NCBI GenBank assembly: GCA_963831275.1
Contig: CAWHPN010000004.1
Coordinates: 31,265 to 95,264, forward strand
Source: an uncultured Alphaproteobacteria bacterium
GTDB lineage: Bacteria; Pseudomonadota; Alphaproteobacteria; Rhizobiales; Xanthobacteraceae
Length of the DNA: 64,000 nucleotides
Direction of reading: 5' to 3'
A program made the translations under genes and the position numbers. The notes under the pieces are model-generated. The model saw only the letters and a list, made by a program, of their open reading frames with translations. It did no database searches and was not told where the DNA came from. This document shows, piece by piece, positions 55,452 through 64,000 of this stretch; positions within the stretch are counted from its first letter, which is position 1, and the number at the start of each line of letters is the position of its first letter.

Positions 55452-56597
55452 ATGAGCGAAACGTTGGCAGTCATCTGTGTTCTGGTGTGGCTTTATCTGA
55501 TTGCGGGCCGTGGCGCTTTTTGGCTTGGCCATGTCCGCGACACAGATCGGGGAGGTTCCGATCAGCAGCAGTGGCCTGCCGTGGTCGCTGTCGTTCCGGC
55601 CCGCAATGAATCGGACTATATCACCGCAAGTGTCCGGTCCCTCCTGCAGCAGGACTATGCGGGGCCATTGAGCATTGTCGTCGTGGATGATGACAGCAGT
55701 GATGACACGGCGGCGAAGGCCGCGTCACAAGTCATGGCCCATCGCCAGGTGACCGTGGTCAAGGGCAAGCCCCCACCGCAGGGGTGGACGGGAAAATTGT
55801 GGGCGCTCGAGCAGGGCATTGATGCGGCCGAGACATTGCGACCGGACTATCTGCTGCTGACGGACGCGGATATCGTGCACGCACCCGACACCCTTAATTG
55901 GCTTGTGAAGCAGTCGTTGGCCGGACGATTTGTGCTCACCTCATTGATGGCAAAGCTGCGCTGCGAGAGCTTGGCCGAACGCACTCATGTACCGGCCTTC
56001 ATTTATTTCTTTCAAATGCTATTTCCGTTTACGTGGGTCCGCCGGTCCGCTTCAAGTGTCGCGGCGGCGGCGGGTGGGTGCATGCTTGTCCGCGCAGATG
56101 CGCTTGCGCGTGCGGGCGGCATCGCAGGAATTAGCAACGCATTGATCGATGATTGTTCGCTGGCGGCAAAATTGAAAGCGATCGGCCCGATCTGGCTTGG
56201 TCTGACCGACCGCGTCCGCAGCGTCCGGCCTTATGACACGCTGGTGGATGTCAAGCGCATGATTTCGCGCAGCGCGTATGCACAGCTCCACTACTCGCCT
56301 GTGCTCCTGGCCGCGACAACCGTCAGTATGGCAATAACTTTCATCGTTCCGCCGCTGCTTGCAATCTTTGCCACTGGTTTGCCGCAGTTGTTCGGATTCC
56401 TTGCCTGGTTCGCGATGGCATTATCTTACATCCCAACCTTGCGGTTCTATCGGCTCTCGCTTCTTTGGAGCTTTGCTCTTCCGGCAATTGCTTCGCTTTA
56501 TCTGTATTACACTTTGGATTCCGCGTATCAGTATTTGCGAGGGCGGGGTGGCCAGTGGAAGGGACGCATTCACGCCGATGCGCCAAGGCTGCAATGA
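55452..56597 (+). CDS. hpnB: hopanoid-associated family-2 glycosyltransferase HpnB
   Basis: N-terminal TM, VVAVVPARNESDYI...VVDDDSSDDT, C-terminal TM block. Directly coupled to hpnC. Confidence 0.75.
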   Translation: MSETLAVICVLVWLYLIAGRGAFWLGHVRDTDRGGSDQQQWPAVVAVVPARNESDYITASVRSLLQQDYAGPLSIVVVDDDSSDDTAAKAASQVMAHRQVTVVKGKPPPQGWTGKLWALEQGIDAAETLRPDYLLLTDADIVHAPDTLNWLVKQSLAGRFVLTSLMAKLRCESLAERTHVPAFIYFFQMLFPFTWVRRSASSVAAAAGGCMLVRADALARAGGIAGISNALIDDCSLAAKLKAIGPIWLGLTDRVRSVRPYDTLVDVKRMISRSAYAQLHYSPVLLAATTVSMAITFIVPPLLAIFATGLPQLFGFLAWFAMALSYIPTLRFYRLSLLWSFALPAIASLYLYYTLDSAYQYLRGRGGQWKGRIHADAPRLQ

Positions 56598-57472
56598 CCT
56601 ATAGCGGCGAACTACGATCCGGCAAGGGCGCACACGACGAGAATTTTCCTGTGGCCTCTCGATTGATCAAGCGGCGGCATCGTCCTGCCATTCTGGCGTT
56701 TTACGAATTCGTGCGGGTTGCGGACGACATTGCCGATCATTCGCAATTAACAAGCGACGAAAAAATTGCCCGGCTGGACCGCCTGGAAGCCAGTCTGCTG
56801 GGCAAAGGTGGTGACGAACCGGAGGGATTGCAGTTGCGTGCAGTTCTCAACAGCCGGGGCTTGTCGGCGCGCCATGCGCAAGACCTGCTGAATGCATTCC
56901 GGCAGGACGCCACAAAACTCCGCTACGTGAATTGGGAGGATCTGATCGACTATTGTTCGCGCTCGGCGATGCCCGTCGGCCGTTTTGTGCTCGACGTGCA
57001 TGGTGAGAGCAGGGATACCTGGCCCGCATCGGATGCGCTTTGCGCGGCGCTACAAATCATCAATCATTTGCAGGATTGCGCAAAGGACTACAGGGCACTC
57101 AATCGGGTTTACATTCCACTCGATGCGATGGAGGCAAACAACATTGGCGTGGACGCACTCAGCGCGTCCCAGGCAAGCCCCGGGCTGCGAAATTGCCTGC
57201 GAGGGTTGGTCGACCGTACGTCGGCCCTGCTGGGTGAAAGCCAGGGGCTCGAACCGAAGGTCGGTGACACACGGCTTGCGCTTGAGATTTCGGTCATCCA
57301 GTCGCTTGCACGCCAGCTGCTGACAATTCTCTCGGTCCGTGATCCCTTGTCGGAGCGCGTGCACCTGAGCAAAGCCGAGGCGCTGGCTGCGGCTGTAAAT
57401 GGAAGTGGACGCGCTATACTGCGTCGGCTCCTGCGGACCGTGGCGCCGGCGCACCGATATCAAACCCCATGA
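56594..57472 (+). CDS. hpnC: hydroxysqualene synthase HpnC (squalene/phytoene synthase family)
   Basis: HDENFPVASRLI....RPAILAFYEFVRVADDIADH. ATGA overlap with hpnB. Confidence 0.85.
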   Translation: MTYSGELRSGKGAHDENFPVASRLIKRRHRPAILAFYEFVRVADDIADHSQLTSDEKIARLDRLEASLLGKGGDEPEGLQLRAVLNSRGLSARHAQDLLNAFRQDATKLRYVNWEDLIDYCSRSAMPVGRFVLDVHGESRDTWPASDALCAALQIINHLQDCAKDYRALNRVYIPLDAMEANNIGVDALSASQASPGLRNCLRGLVDRTSALLGESQGLEPKVGDTRLALEISVIQSLARQLLTILSVRDPLSERVHLSKAEALAAAVNGSGRAILRRLLRTVAPAHRYQTP

Positions 57473-58317
57473 ACATCCAAATTTCACAACCGGCAAGTTC
57501 CTCTCCGGCTGCAAATCGCGCCGGAGGCAGCTCCTTCTACCTCGCGATGCGAATTCTCAGCCGCGAGAAAAGAGAGGCGATGTTCGAGATCTATTCGTTT
57601 TGTCGTGCCGTTGACGATATTGCCGACGAGGAGGGGCCACGACCGCAACGGCTCGCGCTCCTGGCGGAATGGCGCAAAAATATCGAAGCGCTCTATTCCG
57701 GCGGCAGTGTGCCCGCTGGCCTTGAGAAACTCGCGAATTCCATTGCCCGGTTTGGGCTGCGCAAGGATGATTTTCTTGCAGTTATCGACGGCGTCGAAAT
57801 GGACGCGCGCGCTGACATTCAGGGTCCAAGTCTGAAGGAGCTCGATCTTTATTGCGACAGGGTTGCCTGTGCCGTCGGACGATTGTCGGTCCGGGTCTTC
57901 GGCATGAACGACGATGGCGGTAGGGCGCTCGCGCACCACCTTGGTCGCGCTCTGCAGCTCACCAATATCTTGCGTGATATAGACGAAGATGCCGGCATCG
58001 GCCGTCTTTATCTGCCGCAGGAGGCACTGGAACGCGCCGGCATCGGCAGCACCGATCCAAAGACGGTTGCTTCAAGTCCTCAAATAGGCACGGTTTGCGC
58101 TTTCATCGTCGAACGCGCGCGCGGACACTTCGCCAAAGCGAAAGAGATCATGGCTGCCTCTCCACGCCCGGTCGTGCGCGCGCCGAAAGTCATGGGCGCG
58201 GTCTATCGTCAAATGCTCGAAGACATGGTGGCGCGGGGCTGGGCACCGCCACGGAACAGGGTTCGCGTCAACAAATCGTATTTATTGTGGATTGCGTTGC
58301 GGCATGCATTCCTCTGA
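57469..58317 (+). CDS. hpnD: presqualene diphosphate synthase HpnD
   Basis: SSFYLAMRILSREKREAMFEIYSFCRAVDDIADE. ATGA overlap with hpnC. Confidence 0.85.
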   Translation: MNIQISQPASSSPAANRAGGSSFYLAMRILSREKREAMFEIYSFCRAVDDIADEEGPRPQRLALLAEWRKNIEALYSGGSVPAGLEKLANSIARFGLRKDDFLAVIDGVEMDARADIQGPSLKELDLYCDRVACAVGRLSVRVFGMNDDGGRALAHHLGRALQLTNILRDIDEDAGIGRLYLPQEALERAGIGSTDPKTVASSPQIGTVCAFIVERARGHFAKAKEIMAASPRPVVRAPKVMGAVYRQMLEDMVARGWAPPRNRVRVNKSYLLWIALRHAFL

Positions 58318-59575
58318 CGCGGGTACAATCCACATTATCGGCGCGGGTTTGGCGGGGCTTGCCGCTGCCGAACGTTTGTCGCGATCGCGTCGATCCGTGG
58401 CAATCCATGAAGGGACTGCTCAAGCCGGGGGCCGATGCCGTTCGTACTACGATCAGTCCACCGGGATGTTGATCGATAACGGCACCCACCTTTTGTTGTC
58501 TGGAAATCACGCCGCGCTTTCTTTCACCGAAGCGATCGGGTCACGAGCGGGTTTGCATGGGCCCGAAAACGCGCAATTTCCTTTCATGGATATTAAGAGC
58601 GGCGAACAGTGGACCTTGCGATTTGGTGACAGCCGCTTTCCCTGGTGGGTATTCGACAAGGATCGACGCGTGCCGCAAACGACCGTTGTCGACTACTTGC
58701 TGCTTGCCCGTCTCGCGTGGTCATCGGTCGATAAGCCGATTGGGGAGGTCATGAATTGCGGTGGCCCCATCTATGAGCGCTTTCTCGGGCCTTTGTTGCT
58801 TGCAGCACTGAACATCGCCCCGCGCGAGGGTTCGGCGAAACTTGCCGGCGCACTTGTCCGCGAAACGCTGGCGCTGGGCGGTCAAGCCTGCCGCCCGCTG
58901 TTGGCGTACGAGGGGCTGGGAAGCGTGTTTGTCGAGCCTGCAATCGCCCATTTGCAGCGACAAGGGATCGCAATCGCGTTTGAGGACGAGCTGGTTGCGC
59001 TGAGCTTTGCAAAGGGGCGCGTGTCGGAGCTTAAATTTGCCAAGCAGGTGGTCGATCTGGGTGCAAATGACGCCGTTATTCTTGCGGTCCCGCCGTATGT
59101 TGCGACAAGCCTTGTGCCTGACCTCGTGGCGCCCACATCATTTCGAGGCATCGTGAACGCGCATTTCCGTGTGGATCCACCGGCTCATTTGCCGCCGATG
59201 CTTGGTGTCATCAACGGGGTTTGCGAATGGGTATTTCCGTTGTCTGGCCGGATTTCGGCCACGATCAGCGACGCCGGCCGTTTTTTTGACCTGCCGCGAG
59301 CGGAATTGGCCCAGTTGATATGGAATGACATTGCAAAGATTGCAGGCCTGCCAGCAAGTCTTCCACCTTGGCAGATCGTTCGCGAGCGTCGTGCTACTTT
59401 TACCGCGACACCCGAACAGAATGCCCGGCGTCCTGAAGCGAAAACGTCGTGGGACAACCTGTTTCTGGCCGGCGACTGGACGCAGACGGGCCTTCCCGCG
59501 ACCATCGAAAGCGCGGTTCGCTCGGGTTACCGGGCAGCCGATCTTGTCAATCATCGCTTGCGGGTTGCCGCATGA
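58304..59575 (+). CDS. hpnE: hydroxysqualene dehydroxylase HpnE (FAD amine-oxidase fold)
   Basis: IHIIGAGLAGLAAAERL dinucleotide-binding motif. Overlaps hpnD by 14 nt. Confidence 0.85.
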   Translation: MHSSDAGTIHIIGAGLAGLAAAERLSRSRRSVAIHEGTAQAGGRCRSYYDQSTGMLIDNGTHLLLSGNHAALSFTEAIGSRAGLHGPENAQFPFMDIKSGEQWTLRFGDSRFPWWVFDKDRRVPQTTVVDYLLLARLAWSSVDKPIGEVMNCGGPIYERFLGPLLLAALNIAPREGSAKLAGALVRETLALGGQACRPLLAYEGLGSVFVEPAIAHLQRQGIAIAFEDELVALSFAKGRVSELKFAKQVVDLGANDAVILAVPPYVATSLVPDLVAPTSFRGIVNAHFRVDPPAHLPPMLGVINGVCEWVFPLSGRISATISDAGRFFDLPRAELAQLIWNDIAKIAGLPASLPPWQIVRERRATFTATPEQNARRPEAKTSWDNLFLAGDWTQTGLPATIESAVRSGYRAADLVNHRLRVAA

Positions 59576-61533
59576 CGGCCATGGATACAGGCCAGCGTTT
59601 GTCACCGCGAGCGGTCAATATCGAGCCAGCAATCGCGAGCGCGGGGAGAGCCCTGTCTGAATGCCAGGTCCATGACGGGCATTGGGTTTTCGAATTGGAA
59701 GCTGATGCGACAATCCCTGCCGAATATGTGCTGCTGAGGCACTACCGCGACGAGCCGATCGATGCGGTGCTCGAGCGGAAAATCGCCGTCTATCTTCGCC
59801 GCATTCAGGGCCAGCACGGCGGGTGGCCGCTTTACTATCAGGGCGCCTTCGACATGAGCGCGAGCGTGAAGGCATATTTCGCGCTCAAGATGATCGGCGA
59901 TCGTCCGAATGAGGCCCACATGCAGAGGGCCCGCGAGGCGATCCTTGCCCGGGGAGGTGCGGTCCATTGCAACGTATTCACCCGTGCGCTGCTCTCGCTG
60001 TACGGAATTTTGGAGTGGGGAAGCGTGCCGGAAATGCCGGTCGAAATCCTGCTGCTTCCGCGCTGGTTTCCGTTTCATCTTTCAAAAGTATCGTACTGGG
60101 CCCGTACGGTGCTCGTGCCGCTGCTGGTTCTGCAAGCTTTGCGCCCACGCGCAAAGAACCGGCTTGGCGTTAAAATTGACGAATTGTTTCTGGAATCGCC
60201 CTTGTCGATCGGACGGGCAGCGAAAGCACCGCATCAACGTTGGGTCTGGTTTGCGTTCTTTCGCGCCATTGATTTCGTGCTCCGGCCGGCGGTCAAGCTT
60301 TTTCCGAAAAGCGTGCGTCAGCGTGCCATCGACCGGGCTGTGGCATTTGTGACCGAACGGCTGAACGGCGACGACGGTCTGGGAGCAATTTTTCCCGCCA
60401 TGGCGAATGCAACAATGATGTTTGACGTGCTCGGCGCAAAGGCAAAGGCCGCTATTGCACGCCAGTCGATCGAGAAATTGCTCATCGTCAAAGATGGCGA
60501 GGCCTACTGCCAGCCCTGCGTCTCGCCGGTATGGGACACCGGGCTTGCTTGCCAGGCTTTGTTGGAAGTCGGCGACGAAAAGGCCCGCGCCAGTGCGATC
60601 CGCGGGCTCGACTGGCTGCTGCCCTGCCAGGTTCTCGACATTGCCGGGGATTGGGTCACCCGGCGGCCGCAACTGCGGCCCGGTGGCTGGGCCTTTCAAT
60701 ATGCAAACCCGCACTATCCAGACCTCGACGATACCGCTGTTGTCGTGATGGCGATGGACCGCGCCCGCAGGGAGGGCGCGGGGGGCCAATATGACAAAGC
60801 CATCGATCGGGCCGTCGAATGGGTGATCGGTATGCAAAGCCGCAATGGCGGATGGGCAGCATTCGACGTGGATAATATCTACGACTATCTCAACAATATT
60901 CCATTCGCCGACCACGGAGCGCTGATCGACCCGCCGACCGAGGATGTTACGGCTCGCTGCGTTTCCATGTTGGCGCAACTCAAAGAGACGTCGGATGGTC
61001 GAGGCCATGCTTTGTCGCGGGGCGTTGAGTATCTTCTCGCCACGCAAACCAGGGATGGAAGCTGGTATGGGCGTTGGGGACTGAATTATATCTACGGGAC
61101 CTGGTCCACCCTTTGCGCGCTCAACGCCTGCGGCATGGACCACGGTCGCGTAGAAATCCGCAGGGCCGTGAATTGGCTCATCGCCATTCAAAACCCCGAC
61201 GGCGGTTGGGGCGAAGATGGCTCAAGCTACAGGCTGGACTATCGCGGCCACGAACCGGCCACCAGCACATCATCGCAGACGGCCTGGGCACTTCTTGGGC
61301 TAATGGCCGCCGGCGAAGTCGATCACCCGGCGGTTGAGCGGGGTGTGCAATATCTTTCGCAACAGCAGGCTAAAGATGGTTTCTGGGCCGAAGACCGGTT
61401 TACCGCGACCGGCTTTCCCCGCGTTTTCTATCTCCGGTATCACGGCTATCGTAAATTCTTCCCGCTGTGGGCGCTCGCCCGCTATCGCAACTTGCGAGCG
61501 GGTAATGACGCGCGGGTCGCTTTCGGAATGTGA
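59572..61533 (+). CDS. shc: squalene-hopene cyclase
   Basis: DxDDTA motif (YPDLDDTAVVVMAM) and repeated QW-type motifs (QNPDGGWGE, QSRNGGWAAF, TRDGSWYGRWG). ATGA overlap with hpnE. Confidence 0.95.
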   Translation: MTAMDTGQRLSPRAVNIEPAIASAGRALSECQVHDGHWVFELEADATIPAEYVLLRHYRDEPIDAVLERKIAVYLRRIQGQHGGWPLYYQGAFDMSASVKAYFALKMIGDRPNEAHMQRAREAILARGGAVHCNVFTRALLSLYGILEWGSVPEMPVEILLLPRWFPFHLSKVSYWARTVLVPLLVLQALRPRAKNRLGVKIDELFLESPLSIGRAAKAPHQRWVWFAFFRAIDFVLRPAVKLFPKSVRQRAIDRAVAFVTERLNGDDGLGAIFPAMANATMMFDVLGAKAKAAIARQSIEKLLIVKDGEAYCQPCVSPVWDTGLACQALLEVGDEKARASAIRGLDWLLPCQVLDIAGDWVTRRPQLRPGGWAFQYANPHYPDLDDTAVVVMAMDRARREGAGGQYDKAIDRAVEWVIGMQSRNGGWAAFDVDNIYDYLNNIPFADHGALIDPPTEDVTARCVSMLAQLKETSDGRGHALSRGVEYLLATQTRDGSWYGRWGLNYIYGTWSTLCALNACGMDHGRVEIRRAVNWLIAIQNPDGGWGEDGSSYRLDYRGHEPATSTSSQTAWALLGLMAAGEVDHPAVERGVQYLSQQQAKDGFWAEDRFTATGFPRVFYLRYHGYRKFFPLWALARYRNLRAGNDARVAFGM

Positions 61534-61536
61534 CGG

Positions 61537-62664
61537 TCACCGGGCCAATGAATTAAACCGGGCTTTTTGATCGCCGTTGAGCTTGAGATAAAAATCATCA
61601 AACGCGATTTGAAGGGTTGTCGCCGCATAGTTGACGGCTGTCAGTTGATCGTCTGCCGAATCCAGGCGTGCCATGGGGTCGCGCGCGATCGGTTGTGCAC
61701 ATGAGGCGATCATGAGTTTGGCCATGTCCGTCGAAGCCTTGTGGAAATTTTCAAGGCTCGCCGCCTGCTCTTTGGTCGGGCGAACCCTCATCTCAATTTC
61801 CTTGACCAGGCGTTCGGCCTTTTCGACATTCTGCGATGCGCAGGCTTGATACTGCTTGTTCATCCCGGTGTTGGCGCTTTTTGCGTCCGGACGCGAAGTG
61901 GGTTGGACTTGCTGGCTCACAAAGCCGTTCTTCTGTGTCGTTGTAAGAGAGTCGTAGAAAACTTTGACCGGCTCGCGTATCGATATGCCAGCGTCACGGA
62001 CCGACCATAATGTCTGGATCAGTGCTCGCAACCGATCGGGGGGTGCGAGCCCGCTCAGCCCGGAGCAATTCGTTCTGATATTTTTGGCCGACTGGCCCAC
62101 TGCCAACTGAAGTTTATCAAGCGCTGCACGTTGGTCATCGGACAGTTGCAGTATTTGTTGGACGCGGCCGGCCGGCCAATTGCCGTCCGGTGCGGGCGTG
62201 CTGTCGCATGGATCCGTCGAACTCTCGTTGTTTGCGTCGCTTTTGACGGCGCTGCCCGTGGTGGCGGTCCGAGCAAGCGATCGCGGCAAATCGAAGCGGC
62301 CCGTGATGGTGTCCGAAATCACGTCGAAACCACGCGCGCGAAGGCGCGATGCATAGTCATCCGGCCAGAAAGTAAATCCGACGACATCCTCATATGCATG
62401 GGACCACGCCGGAGGGCCGACCCAGCCAAGGCGCGATCCGCTCGTTGATAAGGTCTCGTTTGGGTTGGGCGCGGCTGCGCGCGCTTCAGTGGCCGCGCGA
62501 TGGTGCCGGCCACGTGGAAAGTGACCGAAATTTCCGAGCATTTGCCGGAAGGGCCGCGTCATCCCGCCAAGAACGCCCTGCGGCGACAGCTGGGCATGGG
62601 CAATTTCGGCGGGCGCGATGGTGGCGCCGAGGGTGGCAATCAGAAGAATGGTGCGCCCGCGCAT
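61537..62664 (-). CDS. periplasmic LTXXQ-motif (Spy/CpxP-like) protein
   Basis: Signal peptide MRGRTILLIATLGATIAPAEIAHA. Three LxxxQ-type repeats (LSDDQRAALDKL, TKEQAASLENF, LNGDQKARFNSL). Confidence 0.55.
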   Translation of the reverse strand: MRGRTILLIATLGATIAPAEIAHAQLSPQGVLGGMTRPFRQMLGNFGHFPRGRHHRAATEARAAAPNPNETLSTSGSRLGWVGPPAWSHAYEDVVGFTFWPDDYASRLRARGFDVISDTITGRFDLPRSLARTATTGSAVKSDANNESSTDPCDSTPAPDGNWPAGRVQQILQLSDDQRAALDKLQLAVGQSAKNIRTNCSGLSGLAPPDRLRALIQTLWSVRDAGISIREPVKVFYDSLTTTQKNGFVSQQVQPTSRPDAKSANTGMNKQYQACASQNVEKAERLVKEIEMRVRPTKEQAASLENFHKASTDMAKLMIASCAQPIARDPMARLDSADDQLTAVNYAATTLQIAFDDFYLKLNGDQKARFNSLAR

Positions 62665-62768
62665 GGCCGGAATCCGGTGGCTTTAACGAGTGTTCGAGCA
62701 CTGGGTGCGTACATAACGGGCAATTGCGCCCGCAAGTTCCATTCAACCTGTTCGAAGCGCGTGCCCGG

Positions 62769-63920
62769 TCATCCGACCTTGAGCAATTCGGGTTTTTCCT
62801 TTGTCGTGCGAATTTCTTCCAGCTTTTGCTCGACGTGCTTCGAAAAAACGTATTGCGCGGGCCTTTGGCGATCGAGAGGGATCTCCGCCTTCATGGCGCC
62901 CTCAGTGCCGACACCCCGCAGGCTCATGGCCAAGGCCTTCATGGGATGCGCAACAGCATCCTGGACCGCCGAAGCTTCATAGCCGGAATGCACCATACAG
63001 TCGGCGCACTTCTCGTAATTTCCGGTGCCGTAGCTGTCCCAGTCGGTGTCGTTCATCAGTTCATTGAAGGTGGGGGCGTACCCTTCGCCGAGCAGATAGC
63101 AGGGCTTCTGCCAGCCGAAGATGGTCCGGGTCGGATTGCCCCAGGGCGTACAGTGGTAGGTCTGATTGCCGGCGAGAAAATCCAGAAACAGGCTGGACTG
63201 GCTAAACGACCATTTTTTCCCGTTTGGCCCGCGCTTGAAAACATCTCGGAAGAGCTGCTTGGTCTTGCCACGGTTCAGGAAGTGTTGCTGATCGGGTGCG
63301 CGCTCGTAGGCATAGCCCGGCGACACGGTAATGCCGTCGACGCCTAAAGCCATGGCGGTGTCAAAGAAGGCGGCGACACGGTCCGCCTGCGCGGTGTTGA
63401 AAAGAGTGCAATTGATATTGACGCGAAAGCCGCGCTCCTTGGCGTGCTTGATCGCCGTTACGGCGCGATCATAGGTGCCCGGCTGGCAGACCGAGTGATC
63501 GTGCATTTCCTTGTCGCCGTCGAGATGCACCGACCAGGTGAAAAAAGTGCTTGGCTCGTACTGCGAAAGCTTCTTGTCCATAAGCAGCGCGTTGGTGCAC
63601 AGGTAGACGAATTTTTTCCGTGCGACGATACCGCGCACGATTTCCGGCAGTTGCTTGTGTAGCAATGGTTCGCCGCCGGCGATTGATACGACCGGCGCTC
63701 CGCATTCGTCGACCGCATGCAGAGCGTCCTTGACGGACATGTTCTGGTGCAAGATTGGATCCGGATAGTCGATCTTGCCGCAGCCCGCGCAAGCGAGATT
63801 GCACCGAAACAGCGGCTCCAGCATCAGTACCAGAGGATAACGCTTGCGACCGGTGAGACGCTGGCGAACGACGTAGCTACCGACAAAAAGTTTCTGAAGA
63901 AGAGGTATGCCCAAGATCAC
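62769..63920 (-). CDS. hpnH: adenosylhopane synthase HpnH (radical SAM)
   Basis: IPLLQK..VGSYV.RQRL.GRKRYPLVLMLEPLFRCNLACAGCGKI. GTG start at 63920. Confidence 0.9.
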   Translation of the reverse strand: MILGIPLLQKLFVGSYVVRQRLTGRKRYPLVLMLEPLFRCNLACAGCGKIDYPDPILHQNMSVKDALHAVDECGAPVVSIAGGEPLLHKQLPEIVRGIVARKKFVYLCTNALLMDKKLSQYEPSTFFTWSVHLDGDKEMHDHSVCQPGTYDRAVTAIKHAKERGFRVNINCTLFNTAQADRVAAFFDTAMALGVDGITVSPGYAYERAPDQQHFLNRGKTKQLFRDVFKRGPNGKKWSFSQSSLFLDFLAGNQTYHCTPWGNPTRTIFGWQKPCYLLGEGYAPTFNELMNDTDWDSYGTGNYEKCADCMVHSGYEASAVQDAVAHPMKALAMSLRGVGTEGAMKAEIPLDRQRPAQYVFSKHVEQKLEEIRTTKEKPELLKVG

Positions 63921-64000
63921 TATCCTTGCTGATTTGTTGAGCGCCGGTCACGTCGAGCAGTTCGACCGGAACCCTGAATTCGATGTGTTCATCCTGTCCC
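63877..64000 (-). CDS. 3' end of an upstream gene, possibly ispH (partial)
   Basis: Hand translation of the reverse strand gives ...GQDEHIEFRVPVELLDVTGAQQISKDSDLGHTSSSETFCR*. The E.I.F.VP.EL pattern resembles IspH C-termini, and ispH is often linked to hpnH. The tail overlaps the hpnH start by about 44 nt. Confidence 0.35.
   Translation of the reverse strand, partial: GQDEHIEFRVPVELLDVTGAQQISKDSDLGHTSSSETFCR

Noticed and set aside
1-64000. Genomic island boundaries, IS elements, integrases, tRNA or rRNA genes
   Set aside because: No transposase- or integrase-like translation, no long terminal inverted or direct repeats, and no tRNA-like cloverleaf candidates appear in the few intergenic gaps over 200 nt.

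Overview
This 64-kb segment looks like alphaproteobacterial chromosome, probably Hyphomicrobiales/Bradyrhizobiaceae-like. That placement is an inference from gene content: two DUF2336 proteins, several Bug/TctC binding proteins, an hpn hopanoid cluster and GANTC-related signals. I recognised no rRNA, tRNA, CRISPR array, transposase or integrase.

Gene blocks:
- 1-4 kb: partial dienelactone hydrolase, a SAM methyltransferase, DUF2336, and folE with a broken reading frame.
- 4.2-12.6 kb: LysR regulator, HAAT-type ABC importer, quinate/shikimate dehydrogenase and a fused 3-dehydroshikimate dehydratase in one tightly coupled operon.
- 12.6-27.5 kb: DUF3606, an orphan receiver protein, and a fused membrane/spermidine-synthase-like protein. 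These are followed by a ~2,060-aa seven-module repeat protein with a type I secretion C-terminal domain, facing a convergent tolC-ABC-hlyD operon whose hlyD frame is broken.
- 27.7-35.1 kb: two Bug/TctC binding proteins (one with a broken frame), an orphan CoxL-like molybdopterin subunit, UbiX, a small conserved protein and a UbiD-family decarboxylase.
- 35.1-42.6 kb: a divergent gene pair-of-pairs, with a B12-radical-SAM enzyme plus LCAT-like acyltransferase on one side and a cyclase-STAND-TPR protein plus CFA-synthase-like methyltransferase on the other.
- 42.7-53.7 kb: dense second-messenger genes, namely a membrane cNMP-binding protein, two PilZ proteins, Crp/Fnr, and GGDEF-EAL coupled to DUF2336. 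A membrane protein with a degenerate P-loop and an MFS transporter also sit here.
- 53.7-64 kb: an FAD-dependent dehydrogenase (53.7-55.2 kb), then hpnB-hpnC-hpnD-hpnE-shc, an LTXXQ periplasmic protein, hpnH and a probable ispH 3' end.

Most notable observations:
- All three broken genes carry one extra base inside a site that would otherwise be GANTC, the CcrM methylation motif. This suggests a systematic assembly artefact or a motif-linked indel hotspot.
- The rSAM/LCAT-like and cyclase-STAND/methyltransferase divergon is the best candidate for an undescribed lipid-tailoring system.
- The giant adhesin-like gene has a mosaic repeat structure and three tandem GANTC sites upstream.

All family assignments come from reading the translations by eye. 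No searches were run.
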